A DNA stretch of 64,000 bases from Candidatus Sericytochromatia bacterium (GTDB taxonomy: Bacteria; Cyanobacteriota; Sericytochromatia; S15B-MN24; UBA4093). Positions 40,316-50,098 of this stretch are shown here, piece after piece. How positions within the stretch are numbered: position 1 is the first letter of the stretch; every line of letters begins with the position of its first letter. The notes beneath the pieces were generated by a model, which did no database searches, had not been told where the DNA came from, and saw nothing but the letters and a program-made list of their open reading frames with translations. The stretch is taken from assembly GCA_036676455.1 (NCBI GenBank), contig JAKFCW010000011.1, forward strand, positions 128,268-192,267. Direction: 5' to 3'. The position numbers and the translations under genes are program-made.

Positions 40316-42106
40316 ATGGCCAAGCTGGCTGACAAGTACCGCATCACCGATCGCAACCTCGCCCTGCGGAAGGGCTTCCTGCGGTTCGGCGAGGAGGATA
40401 TCCGGATCCTCGCCCAGCTCGCCGACTGGGCGGAGCGCAAGGCCGACGCGATCTCGCGGGAGTTCTACGACCACCAGTTCTCTTATCCGCCGACCGTCGC
40501 CTACTTCGAGGGGCAGGCTCGCCGCCGCGGCACGAGCATGGAGGAGCTGCGGCGCCGCCTGGAGCGTTCCCAGGCCGGCTACTTCCGGCAGATCTTCCAG
40601 GAGGCCGCAAACGGAGGGGCTTATGGCGCCGATTACTTCGCCACCCGCCTCCATGTCGGCGGCCTCCACAACGAGATCAACCTCCCCCTGAAATGGTACA
40701 TGGGCGCCTATCTGAGCTACTTCGACCTCGTCCGCAAGTACCTCAAGGCCAGCTTCCCGCTGCGCCGCGGCTTCCGCGAGAAGGCCGAGCGCGCGCTTTC
40801 CGCCGTCTTCAACTACGACATGCAGGCCGTCACCGACTCGTTCTTCTACGACTACCTGGAGTCGATCGGCCTGGATCTCGCGCGGATCACCGTGCCAAAC
40901 CCCGACCATGACCTCTCCGAGCACTACGCCGAGATGAAGGCCGTCGTGCGCGGCACCATCAGCGAGACCGTCGAGACCACGCGCGTGCTGGAAAGCAGCA
41001 TCGCCCGTCTGATCAGCGAGCTGGGTCAGGTCCAGCAGGCGATCACGGCCATCGCGACCGCCTGCGAGCAGGTGGAAGGGCGCACCCGGACCCTCACCGA
41101 CAACGTGGACACGACTTCCAGCAACCTCGCCGAGATGGCCGGCAGCATCCAGCAAGTGGCTAGCAACTCGGAGACCCTTTCCGCCTCGGTGAGCCAGACC
41201 TCGGCCAGCATCGAAGAGATGGCCGCATCGGTCCAGCAGGTGGCCCTCAACGTCGAGGACGCCAACCGCGAGGCGGAGCGCTCCGCCGCCGTCGCCCAGG
41301 AGGGGCGCTCCTCGGTGGAGCAGACGATCTCCGGCATGACCCAGATCAACCGCGCCATGAACGAGGTCCTGACGGTCATCTCCGGCCTGGGCAAGTCCTC
41401 CGAGGAGATCGGAGCCATCATCTCGGTGATCGACGACATCGCCGAGCAGACCAACCTGCTGGCCCTGAACGCGGCCATCGAGGCGGCGCGCGCCGGCGAG
41501 CACGGCAGGGGCTTCGCGGTCGTCGCCGACGAGGTGCGCAAGCTCGCAGAGCGCTCGGCCAAGGCCACCGGCGAGATTGCCGCCCTCATCAAGGGCATCC
41601 AGAAGGAAACCGAGCAGGCCGTATCGAGCACCCAGCAGGGGGCTGCCGCCATCAACGAGGGGACCGGCCTCGCCCAGAAGGCCGGCGAGTCCCTTCGCGA
41701 CATCGTCACCTCGGTTTCGCAGGTCTCGACGCTCATGGGCCAGATTCGTCAGGCCACCCAGGAGCAGAGCCGCGCGGCCGCTCAGATCGCCGATGCCGTG
41801 ACCTCCATGAACCAGCTCACCCACTCGGTCATGGGAGCCACCCAGGAGCAATCCAGGGGCTCCGAGCAGATCGTCCGGGCGGTCGATTCCGTTTCGGCGA
41901 TCGCCCAGGAAGTCGCCTCTGCCACGCACGAGCAGCGCGACGCCGGAGCCCGGGCGCTCACGGCCGTCGAGAGCATCAGCCGCCTGGCGCGCGACGTCGA
42001 CCGGAAGTCCCAGGACCTCGCAGAGGCCGTCGCCTACTTCAAGGTCGACCCACACGCGCTGAGCCTGACCGTCCCGACCGCCGGAAAGGCCGGCGCCCGA
42101 CCCTGA
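40316..42106 (+). CDS. globin-coupled sensor methyl-accepting chemotaxis protein (soluble, HemAT-like)
   Basis: N-terminal protoglobin-type domain ([24 protein letters not shown]). No TM helix. C-terminal MCP signalling domain with the hairpin core [43 protein letters not shown]. Confidence 0.8.
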   Translation: MAKLADKYRITDRNLALRKGFLRFGEEDIRILAQLADWAERKADAISREFYDHQFSYPPTVAYFEGQARRRGTSMEELRRRLERSQAGYFRQIFQEAANGGAYGADYFATRLHVGGLHNEINLPLKWYMGAYLSYFDLVRKYLKASFPLRRGFREKAERALSAVFNYDMQAVTDSFFYDYLESIGLDLARITVPNPDHDLSEHYAEMKAVVRGTISETVETTRVLESSIARLISELGQVQQAITAIATACEQVEGRTRTLTDNVDTTSSNLAEMAGSIQQVASNSETLSASVSQTSASIEEMAASVQQVALNVEDANREAERSAAVAQEGRSSVEQTISGMTQINRAMNEVLTVISGLGKSSEEIGAIISVIDDIAEQTNLLALNAAIEAARAGEHGRGFAVVADEVRKLAERSAKATGEIAALIKGIQKETEQAVSSTQQGAAAINEGTGLAQKAGESLRDIVTSVSQVSTLMGQIRQATQEQSRAAAQIADAVTSMNQLTHSVMGATQEQSRGSEQIVRAVDSVSAIAQEVASATHEQRDAGARALTAVESISRLARDVDRKSQDLAEAVAYFKVDPHALSLTVPTAGKAGARP

Positions 42107-42121
42107 CGCCAGGTCCGTCAA

Positions 42122-42164
42122 TGGAACCCGGGGCCGAATCATCGGCCCCGGGTTCCGTGTTGCT
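42122..42164 (+). terminator. terminator after the MCP gene
   Basis: 14-bp stem GGAACCCGGGGCCG / CGGCCCCGGGTTCC with a 6-nt loop, followed by GTGTTGCTT. Confidence 0.55.
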
Positions 42165-42230
42165 TACGGATGCCCTTCGGCTGGAAGCTGGTAGGCTGAA
42201 GCGTAGAGCCTTCGCCCTTCGGAGCCTGCC

Positions 42231-44387
42231 ATGCCGACACCCGCCCCTCCGCAGCAGCGCACGCCGCCCAAAGCTCGGTACAGCTTGGAACCCGGACACT
42301 TCAGTCCCCTGGGAGCCACGCCGGACGCCGAGGGCGTCAACTTCTCCATCTTCTCCCAGAACGCCACGGCCGTGACCTTCCTGCTCTTCGACGCTCCCGA
42401 GAGCACGCAGCCGATCCTGGAGATCCCGCTCGACCCGCTCCACCACAAGACGTTCTACTTCTGGCACCTCTACCTGCGCGGTTTACGTCCCGGCATGCTT
42501 TACGCGTACCGGGTGGACGGCCCCCATGAGCCCGAAGTAGGCCACCGCTTCGATCCCCGCCGGTTGCTGATCGATCCCTACGCCCGAGGCGTCGATACGA
42601 CGCTCTGGAGCCGCGAGCGGACCATGGCCGGCGAGGACGGGCTGACATGCGGCATGCGCTCGGTCGTGGCGGAGACCTCCGGCTACGACTGGGAGGGCGA
42701 TCGCCCCCTCGCCCACCCCATGCGCGAGACCGTCATCTACGAGCTCCACGTCGGGGGCTTCACCCGCTCTCCGTCTTCCGGCGTCCAGCATCCCGGCACC
42801 TTCCTCGGCGTCCTATCGAAGATCCCGTACTTGAAGTCCCTCGGCGTGACCGCCGTCGAGCTGCTGCCGGTCTTCGCCTTCGATCCCAACGAGGTCTCGC
42901 GCCGCGATCCCTTCACCGGCGAGCCGCTCACCAACTACTGGGGCTACAGCACCGTCAGCTACTTCGCCCCGCATGGCGGCTACGCCGTCTCGGAGCCCGT
43001 CCGCGAGTTCCGCGACATGGTCAAGGCCCTCCACCGAGCCGGCATCGAGGTGATCCTCGACGTGGTCTTCAACCACACGACCGAAGGAGACCAGCGGGGG
43101 CCGACCCTCAGCTTCAAGGGCTTCGACAATGCCGTCTACTACCACCTCCAGCCCGAGGACCGTCGCTACTACCGGGACTACTCCGGCTGCGGCAACACGC
43201 TCAACTGCAACCACCCCATCGTGAACAAGTTCATCATGGACTGCCTGACCTTCTGGGTGGAGGAGATGCACGTGGACGGCTTCCGCTTCGACGAAGGCGC
43301 GATCCTGACGCGCGGGGAAGACGGCAATCCGCTCGTCAACCCGCCGGTGGTCTGGAACATCGAGCTCTCCGACGCCTTCTCGCGCACGAAGATCATCACC
43401 GAGGCATGGGACGCCGCGGGACTCTACCAGGTCGGCTACTTCCCCGGCAAGCGCTGGGCCGAATGGAACGGCCGCTACCGGGACGACATCCGCCGCTTCG
43501 TCAGGGGCGACCGCGGACTCATCGGCAAGGTCGCCTCCCGGATCTCGGGAAGCGCCGATATCTACCAGGCGAGCAAGCGGTTCCCCATCAACAGCATCAA
43601 CTTCGTCACCTGTCATGACGGCTTCACCCTCAACGACCTGGTCACGTACTCCGAGAAGCACAACCTCGCCAACGGCGAAGGAAACCGGGACGGCGCCAAC
43701 GACAACGACAGCTCCAACTACGGCTGGGAAGGACCGACCTTCGATGCCGAGCTGTCCGAGTTGCGCAACCGCCAGGTCAAGAACTTCCTGGCCATCCTCA
43801 TGCTCAGCCAGGGCGTGCCGATGCTGCTCTGCGGCGACGAGGTCCGGCGCAGCCAGCAAGGCAACAACAACGCCTACTGCCAGGACTCGCCCATGAACTG
43901 GCTCGACTGGACCTTGATGGATCGCCATGCCGACGTGCTGCGCTTCACCCGCCGGCTCATCGCCTTTCGCAAGCATCACGGGGCCTTCACCCGGAGGCGT
44001 TTCTTCACCGGCGAGCTGAACGAGCGGGGCATCCCGGACATCGCCTGGCACGGCTGCAAGCTTGGCGCGCCCGGCATGGACGACCCCGCCTCAGGGGTCC
44101 TGGCCTTCACCTTGGGCGACGCGCACGACGATCTGCACGTCATGCTCAACATGGAGGACCAAGCGCTCGACTTCGAGCTGCCCGAGATTCCCGGCTGGGG
44201 CTGGTTCCGGGGCGTGGACACCTCGCTTTCGAGCCCCGATGACGTCTCCGAGCGCGGACAGGAAATCCGGGTCAGCACGCCGACCTACCGTGTGAACGGG
44301 CATACGGTCGTCGTCCTGCACTCCAGGCCGCTCGACGAGGGGGCGGCATGGAGCCTCCGGAGCATCCCGCTCTCGATCGCGACCTAG
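42231..44387 (+). CDS. glgX: glycogen debranching enzyme
   Basis: N-terminal CBM48-like region. GH13 blocks YELHVGGFT, VILDVVFNHT, GFRFDEGAIL, ITEAWD and FVTCHDGFTLND. Confidence 0.85.
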   Translation: MPTPAPPQQRTPPKARYSLEPGHFSPLGATPDAEGVNFSIFSQNATAVTFLLFDAPESTQPILEIPLDPLHHKTFYFWHLYLRGLRPGMLYAYRVDGPHEPEVGHRFDPRRLLIDPYARGVDTTLWSRERTMAGEDGLTCGMRSVVAETSGYDWEGDRPLAHPMRETVIYELHVGGFTRSPSSGVQHPGTFLGVLSKIPYLKSLGVTAVELLPVFAFDPNEVSRRDPFTGEPLTNYWGYSTVSYFAPHGGYAVSEPVREFRDMVKALHRAGIEVILDVVFNHTTEGDQRGPTLSFKGFDNAVYYHLQPEDRRYYRDYSGCGNTLNCNHPIVNKFIMDCLTFWVEEMHVDGFRFDEGAILTRGEDGNPLVNPPVVWNIELSDAFSRTKIITEAWDAAGLYQVGYFPGKRWAEWNGRYRDDIRRFVRGDRGLIGKVASRISGSADIYQASKRFPINSINFVTCHDGFTLNDLVTYSEKHNLANGEGNRDGANDNDSSNYGWEGPTFDAELSELRNRQVKNFLAILMLSQGVPMLLCGDEVRRSQQGNNNAYCQDSPMNWLDWTLMDRHADVLRFTRRLIAFRKHHGAFTRRRFFTGELNERGIPDIAWHGCKLGAPGMDDPASGVLAFTLGDAHDDLHVMLNMEDQALDFELPEIPGWGWFRGVDTSLSSPDDVSERGQEIRVSTPTYRVNGHTVVVLHSRPLDEGAAWSLRSIPLSIAT

Positions 44388-44403
44388 CGCCTGCGTACGA
44401 CAA

Positions 44404-44425
44404 AGGGGGCTCCGAAGAGCCCCCT
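44404..44425. terminator. hairpin between convergent glgX and the DUF5069-like gene
   Basis: 9-bp stem AGGGGGCTC / GAGCCCCCT with loop CGAA. On the minus strand it is followed by TTTGTCG. Confidence 0.45.
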
Positions 44426-44443
44426 CGCCGATTGCGGCTTCGA

Positions 44444-44884
44444 CTACGCCAGGTTGGCGGGGAAGGGGTGGTTCTCCTCGAAGCAGATGAGCTGCGTCCA
44501 GCTCGTGAAGTTCTTGCCGGGCGCGGAGGCCTTCAGCGCCTCGGCGAAGTAGCCGGCCAACTCGGGGGCCACGGGGGCGGCCATGGCCTTGTAGTACTCG
44601 GCGACTTCCTCGGGAGTGCGCTTGGTCGCGTGCTCCATGACCCAGGCGGCGATCGCCTCGTCCTCGGCGCCGGACTTGATCAGCTCGCCCAGCGCCTCGG
44701 TGTCGAGGCCATAGAAGGCGATGAAGCGCTGATCCGAGCCACAGGGATACGGCGAGTACTCACCGCGGGTACCCGCGAAGTGGGCGCGGGTCTTGTCGAT
44801 CAGTCGGGGAAGCCAGAAGTAGCCCGCGATCGCATCGAAGGGGCTACGGGGAAACTCGCGGGTCAAATCCAAAGCTTGCGGCAT
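44444..44884 (-). CDS. DUF5069-like conserved protein
   Basis: ORF trimmed to the ATG at 44884. MPQALDLTREFPRSPFDAIAGYFWLPRLIDKTRAHFAGTRGEYSPYPCGSD matches my memory of the DUF5069 pattern. Confidence 0.5.
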   Translation of the reverse strand: MPQALDLTREFPRSPFDAIAGYFWLPRLIDKTRAHFAGTRGEYSPYPCGSDQRFIAFYGLDTEALGELIKSGAEDEAIAAWVMEHATKRTPEEVAEYYKAMAAPVAPELAGYFAEALKASAPGKNFTSWTQLICFEENHPFPANLA

Positions 44885-44972
44885 GGGGTATCCTTTCTGG
44901 AGTGAAGTAACGGGACAGGCATGGAACTCCCTCGTTGAGCGTTTCGCGGCCTGCGTTCGGCAAAAACAACGG

Positions 44973-44991
44973 ATCGACATGCCGTGTCGAT
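44973..44991. promoter_or_regulatory. 7-N5-7 palindrome in the divergent hxlR-family / DUF5069-like intergenic region
   Basis: ATCGACA-TGCCG-TGTCGAT, a perfect inverted repeat. Confidence 0.3.
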
Positions 44992-45076
44992 ACCTGATAC
45001 TCTAAACCACTAGGCGGTAAAGTAAAGTAGGTACCATTTAGTAACCACCCTACCCCGCTGGCCAAGGAGACGCGCC

Positions 45077-45538
45077 ATGACGAAACGAGCCATCGAGGCC
45101 CTTTGCCCGATGAGCCAGCTGATGCAGCTGCTTTCGGGGCCCTGGACCATCTACATTCTCTGGGTGCTCGGCAAGAACGGGCCGACGCGCTACGGCGCTC
45201 TCAAGCGGCAGATCACCGGGGTCTCGAGCAAGGTCCTGACCGAGCGCCTGCGCATGCTCGAGGAGACGGGCCTGATCAGCCGCGCGTACGAGGCGACCAT
45301 CCCCCCGCAGGTGACCTACGCCATCACCGAGCGCACGCTCGAGCTGACCCCGGTCCTCGACGAGCTGGCGGAGATCGCCCGCCACTGGTACGGCGAGGAT
45401 CCCTGCCTGCCCTCGCTGAGCGACCTGAAGGCCAGCGCTGCGGCTAAGGGCGATGCTGCGGCTAAGCCCCCCCGAGCTCGGGACTCCCGGGCTCGGGCCA
45501 CGGATGCTTCGGGTAGCGCCGCTTCAGTTCCTTCCTGA
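45077..45538 (+). CDS. HxlR family transcriptional regulator
   Basis: CPMSQLMQLLSGPWTIYILWVLGKNGPTRYGALKRQITGVSSKVLTERLRMLEETGLISR. The Ala/Ser-rich C-terminal tail overlaps the hrpB 3' end by 77 nt, so its true stop and length are less certain. Confidence 0.8.
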   Translation: MTKRAIEALCPMSQLMQLLSGPWTIYILWVLGKNGPTRYGALKRQITGVSSKVLTERLRMLEETGLISRAYEATIPPQVTYAITERTLELTPVLDELAEIARHWYGEDPCLPSLSDLKASAAAKGDAAAKPPRARDSRARATDASGSAASVPS

Positions 45539-47933
45539 CCTCGGGGTAAGTGTTCCGCCAGAAGCCCGTCATGTCGAACGTCTTCTGGACCGTCCGATAG
45601 TTGGGCGCCAGGATGTCGAACAAGACCTGGACCCGCCCCTCGTAAAGCTTCAGCGTGCCTTGCATGCCCAACATGTCGCCGAGACGGGCGGAAAGCTCGG
45701 GCGGCGCACCGTCGAAGTAGGTGATGCGGGCCTTTCGGCCGTTCGGCAGCGCCATGCTGCGGGGGGCCGCGCGGTCGATCCGGGCCATGGCCTCCCAGCC
45801 CACGAACTCGTGAAGCACGTTCACCAAGGCTTGCTCGGTGATCTCGGCAGCGGCGGCCTTGCCGTCGGCCAGCTCGTGGTAAATGATCTCCCAGTCTTCC
45901 GCGTCGAGCGCCGGGATGCCGGCCTCCGGCCAGGCCGCCGAGGCCAGGCGAATCCGAAGGATCAGCTGTTCGACGTCCTCGCTTCGCGCCTCCAGGGGGA
46001 CTTCCTCGGCCAGCAGCTTCGAGACCAGCATCGCCTCCGCCTGGGCGCGGTCCCACTCGGCCGGCGGCAGCGGTTCGCGGCGTACCACCAGGCCACCGAC
46101 CTTCCACTGGCGTTCCTGGACGACCCGCTGCCTGGCCGTCTCCCAGCTGCACACGACCTCGGGCTCGCCGCGTTCGCCGACCCAGTCCGGCAAGCACGGC
46201 AGGTAGAGGGGAATGGAGACTTGGCGGCTCTGGCCGGCTCCGCCCACCTCGTGCAGCTCCAGCGCGAGGATCAGGTCGCCGGGCTGTCCGCCGGAGGTCA
46301 CCATGCCCTTGCGGCCGTCGGCCAGCAGATACGCCTTGTCTTGCTTGGCCGCGAGGCGGCTGTCGAAGGCTAGCAGCCAGGCCTTGGTGACGGCCCGGCG
46401 CCGGTCTCGATCACCTGGCGAATCCGGCGCGAGCGCCTCCTCGGACCCGCCGCGATCCGCCTCGGAAGGCCTGGCCAGCTCAGTCAGCTGGCGGTAGGTC
46501 TCACCCACCTCGCGCCCCCAGGTGCGGGCCCGCGGATCCTGAACGAGCGCGACTCCGAGCCGGTAGAGATCCCCCTCGTCGGCGACGGACTTGCGGTCGG
46601 CGGCTTCCAAGAGGGCAATCATGGCCGCAGCCAGGGTCGCGCAGTTCGCCTCGCGCGCCGCCATGAGCACGCGCGCCAGCGCCGGAGGCAACGGGAAGCG
46701 CAGCAGGCGCTTGCCCAGGGGAGTGAGCCGGCCTTGCGCGTCGAGGGCGTCGAGGTCGCGCAGGCGCTCTTGCGTGCGCGACCAGCGATCGGCGGGCGGC
46801 GGGTCCAGGAAGATCAAGGGCTCAGGCAGGGCGGCGCTGGACAAGGCCAGCCGCGACAGGTCCAGGCGCGAGATCTCAGGAGCCATGGCCTCGGGCATGG
46901 CGGTCTCGTGGGTCTTCGGCCAGAGCCTGAGGCAGCGTCCGGGCCCGAGGCGGCCGGCGCGGCCCGCGCGCTGGATCGCGTTCTGCCGGCTGATCAGGCC
47001 CAGGTGCAGGGTGTCGAGATCGCGGTGGGGATCGTAGGCGGCGTGGCGCGCCAGCCCGGAGTCGATCACGGCCACCACCCCGGGGATGGTCAGGGAGGTC
47101 TCGGCGACGTTGGTCGCGACGATCACGCAGGGCTCCGTGCCCGGCAACTCCAGCGCCCGCTGCTGAGCGTCGGGCGATTGCGAGCCGCTGAGCTCGAGCA
47201 CGCGGAAGCCGCGATCGCGGCAAAGGGGCTCCAGGGCGTCCACCGTGCGGCGGATCTCGCCGACTCCCGGCATGAAGATCAGCACCGAGCCGTCGAGGCC
47301 CTCCGAGAGCAGATGCCGGAAGCCCCGGACGGCCTGGCTCCAGAGCGGCTCATGCGGCTGCGGGGACTGGTAGGCGATCGCCACCTCATGCGTCCGGGCG
47401 TCGACCTCCAGGAACGGCGGCCGGTCCAGGTACTCCGACAGGGCCTCGCCTTCGAGGGTGGCAGACATGACGACCAGCGAGAGGTCGGGGCGCGAGCCCT
47501 CCTGCAGCTGCTTCAGCCAGGCGAGACAGGCGTCCGCCTCCAGGGTTCGCTCGTGGAACTCGTCGAGGATGACCAGCGAGATGCCTGACAGCATGGGATC
47601 CTGCTGGATCCGCTGCCAGAAGACGCCGTAGGTCGCGAAGATCACGCGGGTGCTCGCCGAGACGCTGCGCTCGAAGCGCACCTGGTAGCCGACGGTCTGG
47701 CCGAGGGCCTCGCCGCGCTCCGCGGCGACCCGGGCGGCCAGGGAGCGCGCAGCGATCCGGCGCGGTTGCAGCACCATCGCGGTGGAGGCCTCGCTGAGCA
47801 GGAACTGCGGCACCTGGGTCGATTTTCCGGTGCCCGGCGGAGCCGAGAGGATCAGGCGCTTTTGCGCGGACAGCGCGTTGCGGATCGCGTCGGCGTATGG
47901 GTGAATGGGTAGTCGCATCATGGCGAGCGGCAT
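45462..47933 (-). CDS. hrpB: ATP-dependent RNA helicase HrpB (DEAH-box)
   Basis: The C-terminal 823 codons of the 1551-aa ORF; the ATG at 47933 gives MPLAMMRLPIHPYADAIRNAL. Walker A SAPPGTGKSTQVP, motif II LDEFHERTLEAD, ATNVAETSLTIPGV and QRAGRAGR. Confidence 0.85.
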   Translation of the reverse strand: MPLAMMRLPIHPYADAIRNALSAQKRLILSAPPGTGKSTQVPQFLLSEASTAMVLQPRRIAARSLAARVAAERGEALGQTVGYQVRFERSVSASTRVIFATYGVFWQRIQQDPMLSGISLVILDEFHERTLEADACLAWLKQLQEGSRPDLSLVVMSATLEGEALSEYLDRPPFLEVDARTHEVAIAYQSPQPHEPLWSQAVRGFRHLLSEGLDGSVLIFMPGVGEIRRTVDALEPLCRDRGFRVLELSGSQSPDAQQRALELPGTEPCVIVATNVAETSLTIPGVVAVIDSGLARHAAYDPHRDLDTLHLGLISRQNAIQRAGRAGRLGPGRCLRLWPKTHETAMPEAMAPEISRLDLSRLALSSAALPEPLIFLDPPPADRWSRTQERLRDLDALDAQGRLTPLGKRLLRFPLPPALARVLMAAREANCATLAAAMIALLEAADRKSVADEGDLYRLGVALVQDPRARTWGREVGETYRQLTELARPSEADRGGSEEALAPDSPGDRDRRRAVTKAWLLAFDSRLAAKQDKAYLLADGRKGMVTSGGQPGDLILALELHEVGGAGQSRQVSIPLYLPCLPDWVGERGEPEVVCSWETARQRVVQERQWKVGGLVVRREPLPPAEWDRAQAEAMLVSKLLAEEVPLEARSEDVEQLILRIRLASAAWPEAGIPALDAEDWEIIYHELADGKAAAAEITEQALVNVLHEFVGWEAMARIDRAAPRSMALPNGRKARITYFDGAPPELSARLGDMLGMQGTLKLYEGRVQVLFDILAPNYRTVQKTFDMTGFWRNTYPEVRKELKRRYPKHPWPEPGSPELGGA

Positions 47934-48017
47934 GGTACCACGACGGGACGGGGCTTTCACAGCGGGCGTTCGCGCGCTAGACTCGAAAGTCGACGTGAGA
48001 AAGCGCGAGGCATCAGC

Positions 48018-48398
48018 ATGAAGGATATCCTGCTCGTCGGGATCGGGGGGGGACTGGGGGCGATCGCCCGCTTCGGGATGGGGATCGCCATCGTCCGCTG
48101 GCTCGGCACGGGCTTCCCCTGGGCGACCCTGGCCATCAACGTCATCGGCTGCCTGCTGATCGGCATGGCCCTGGGAGGCGATCCCGGCCCGGCGGGCTTC
48201 CTGTCGCGCGAGCTGCGCCTGCTGGGCGTGATCGGCTTTCTCGGGGCCTTCACCACCTTCTCCACCTTCGGCTACGAGACCCTCTCGCTGCTGCAGGGCG
48301 GCAAGCCGATGCTGGCCGCGAGCTACGTCCTCGCCAGCCTGGTTCTGGGGCTCGGAGCGGTCGGCCTCGGGATCTGGGCCATGCGCGCATGGGCGTGA
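48018..48398 (+). CDS. crcB: fluoride ion channel CrcB/FluC
   Basis: 126 aa with four TM helices. LLVGIGGGLGAIARF...FPWATLAINVIGCLLIG...FLGAFTTFSTF. Confidence 0.85.
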   Translation: MKDILLVGIGGGLGAIARFGMGIAIVRWLGTGFPWATLAINVIGCLLIGMALGGDPGPAGFLSRELRLLGVIGFLGAFTTFSTFGYETLSLLQGGKPMLAASYVLASLVLGLGAVGLGIWAMRAWA

Positions 48399-48443
48399 GG
48401 TATAATGCGGATTGCCGAATCGGCACGACGACCTGGAGCTGAC

Positions 48444-50093
48444 ATGCAGAATCACTCGGTCCCGTTTCCCCGCCATGATGCCTGTCTCCGGGTTTTCGCG
48501 GCCTTCCTTCGCTCGAAGCATCTCGACGCCTTGGCATGCGAGAACCTTCGCCTCGTGCGCGCCTACGACGTGAAGCTGCTCTCGCTCTTCACGCACCTCG
48601 ATGACGCGCAACTCCAGGCCCTCACCCGCGACGGCATGGATCGCTTCCTGAGCGCGGTCGAGGAAGGAAACGCCCTGACGGTCGCATCCGAGGGGCTGCG
48701 CCGCTGGGAAGCCGGAGAGGTGCCCGAGATCCCGGCCGAGAAGGTCGATCCCCGCGACCTCGTGCTGATCTACGCGGCCCAACGCCGGGCCATGCTGGCC
48801 TTCGTAAAGGACTTCACCGAGGACATCGCCACGGTCATGGACGTCGTCGACGCGCTCGACGATTACTACCGGCAGGTCCAGGAAGCGGTCTTCGAGGCGA
48901 TGTCCCGGGTTCGCGAGGAGGCCGTCCGCCTCCGCATCGAGGGCAACCGCGAGTTGAAGAAGACGGAACACCTGCTCACCCAGGCGCAACGGCTCGCTGA
49001 GCTCGGCTCCTGGGAATGGAGCCCCGCCACCGGGAGCCTCGAATGGACCGACACGCTCTACCAGATCTATGGCCGCTCGCCTGATACCTTCACGCCGACG
49101 TTCGAGAGCTTCCTCGACTGCGTCGTGGAGGACGATCGCCCCGGGGTGGTCACGGCAATCGAGCATGCGCTGGGCGTGGGCAGCACGTTCAGCTACGGCG
49201 AGCGCATCATGCGTCCAGACGGCACCGTTCGCCACCTCCAGACCCGCGGCGAGGTAATCCGCGACGAGCTCGGCCATCCGCTTCACGTCTTCGGGGCCTG
49301 CCTCGACGTCACCGAGGCCAAGCTCGCCGAGGCCGAGATCCTTCGCCAATCGGCCGAGCTCTCGAAAGCCAACGAAGCCTTGCGGATGGCCGATCGCTAC
49401 AAGGACGAGTTCCTCTCGGTGATCAGCCACGAGCTGCGCACCCCGCTCAACTTCATCACGGGCTTCGCCAGCATCCTCGACGACGAGGTCCCGGGTCCCC
49501 TGAACGCCACCCAGCATGAGTACCTCGACAAGATCCTCATCGGCTCGGATCGCATGCTGTCGCTGGTCAATAACCTGCTCGACATGAGCCGCCTTCAGGC
49601 GGGCAAACTCAATCTCGTTTGCATGGAGACCGCGTTCGAGCCGCTGGTTTGCGAAGTCATCGGTTCCCTGAAACCGCTGGCAGACGATCTGCAAGTCCGC
49701 TTGATCCCCGAGTTCGAGGCATTGCCCCAGCTCCATGCGGATCCGCAGCGCATCATCCAGGTCCTCACCAACCTGGTCGATAACGCCATCAAGTTCTCCC
49801 CGCAAGGCGGAACCGTGCGCGTCACCTCCTTCGTCCGCGGCACCACGGATCCGGAGCTCGTGACGGAAGTCAGCGACACGGGCGAGGGAATCGCCCCCGA
49901 GGACCTCGGCAAGCTCTTCCAGCGCTTCCAGCAAGCGGACATGAGCTCGACGCGCAAGGCCAGCGGCACGGGGCTGGGCCTCTCGATCGCCAAGGCCCTG
50001 GTCGAGGCCCACGGGGGCACGATCGGGGTTCGCAGCGAGCTCGGCAAAGGCAGCACCTTCTGGTTCACCTTGCCGCTGCCAGCCGGCGACTGA
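48444..50093 (+). CDS. PAS domain sensor histidine kinase
   Basis: ORF 48405..50093; the ATG at 48444 follows GGAG. PAS block [24 protein letters not shown]-box [27 protein letters not shown] and [10 protein letters not shown]. Confidence 0.85.
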   Translation: MQNHSVPFPRHDACLRVFAAFLRSKHLDALACENLRLVRAYDVKLLSLFTHLDDAQLQALTRDGMDRFLSAVEEGNALTVASEGLRRWEAGEVPEIPAEKVDPRDLVLIYAAQRRAMLAFVKDFTEDIATVMDVVDALDDYYRQVQEAVFEAMSRVREEAVRLRIEGNRELKKTEHLLTQAQRLAELGSWEWSPATGSLEWTDTLYQIYGRSPDTFTPTFESFLDCVVEDDRPGVVTAIEHALGVGSTFSYGERIMRPDGTVRHLQTRGEVIRDELGHPLHVFGACLDVTEAKLAEAEILRQSAELSKANEALRMADRYKDEFLSVISHELRTPLNFITGFASILDDEVPGPLNATQHEYLDKILIGSDRMLSLVNNLLDMSRLQAGKLNLVCMETAFEPLVCEVIGSLKPLADDLQVRLIPEFEALPQLHADPQRIIQVLTNLVDNAIKFSPQGGTVRVTSFVRGTTDPELVTEVSDTGEGIAPEDLGKLFQRFQQADMSSTRKASGTGLGLSIAKALVEAHGGTIGVRSELGKGSTFWFTLPLPAGD

Positions 50094-50098
50094 GCGCC

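Noticed and set aside
40295-44051. Minus-strand ORFs 40295..42142 (615 aa) and 42813..44051 (412 aa)
   Set aside because: Antisense to the globin-coupled MCP and to glgX, both of which have unambiguous family signatures. The sequences are repetitive and G/D/A/L/V-rich.
45462-45538. 77-nt convergent overlap of the HxlR-family and hrpB coding regions as a regulatory feature
   Set aside because: It is more likely that the HxlR-family ORF is over-extended through an Ala/Ser/Arg-rich tail in GC-rich DNA. The overlap itself is not evidence of antisense regulation.
47934-48017. Possible fluoride riboswitch upstream of crcB
   Set aside because: I looked for the conserved crcB-motif elements (a GGCGATGG-like 5' helix and a downstream pseudoknot-forming C-rich/GATG segment) in the 84-nt leader and did not find them. 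Running cmsearch with the Rfam fluoride riboswitch model would settle the question.
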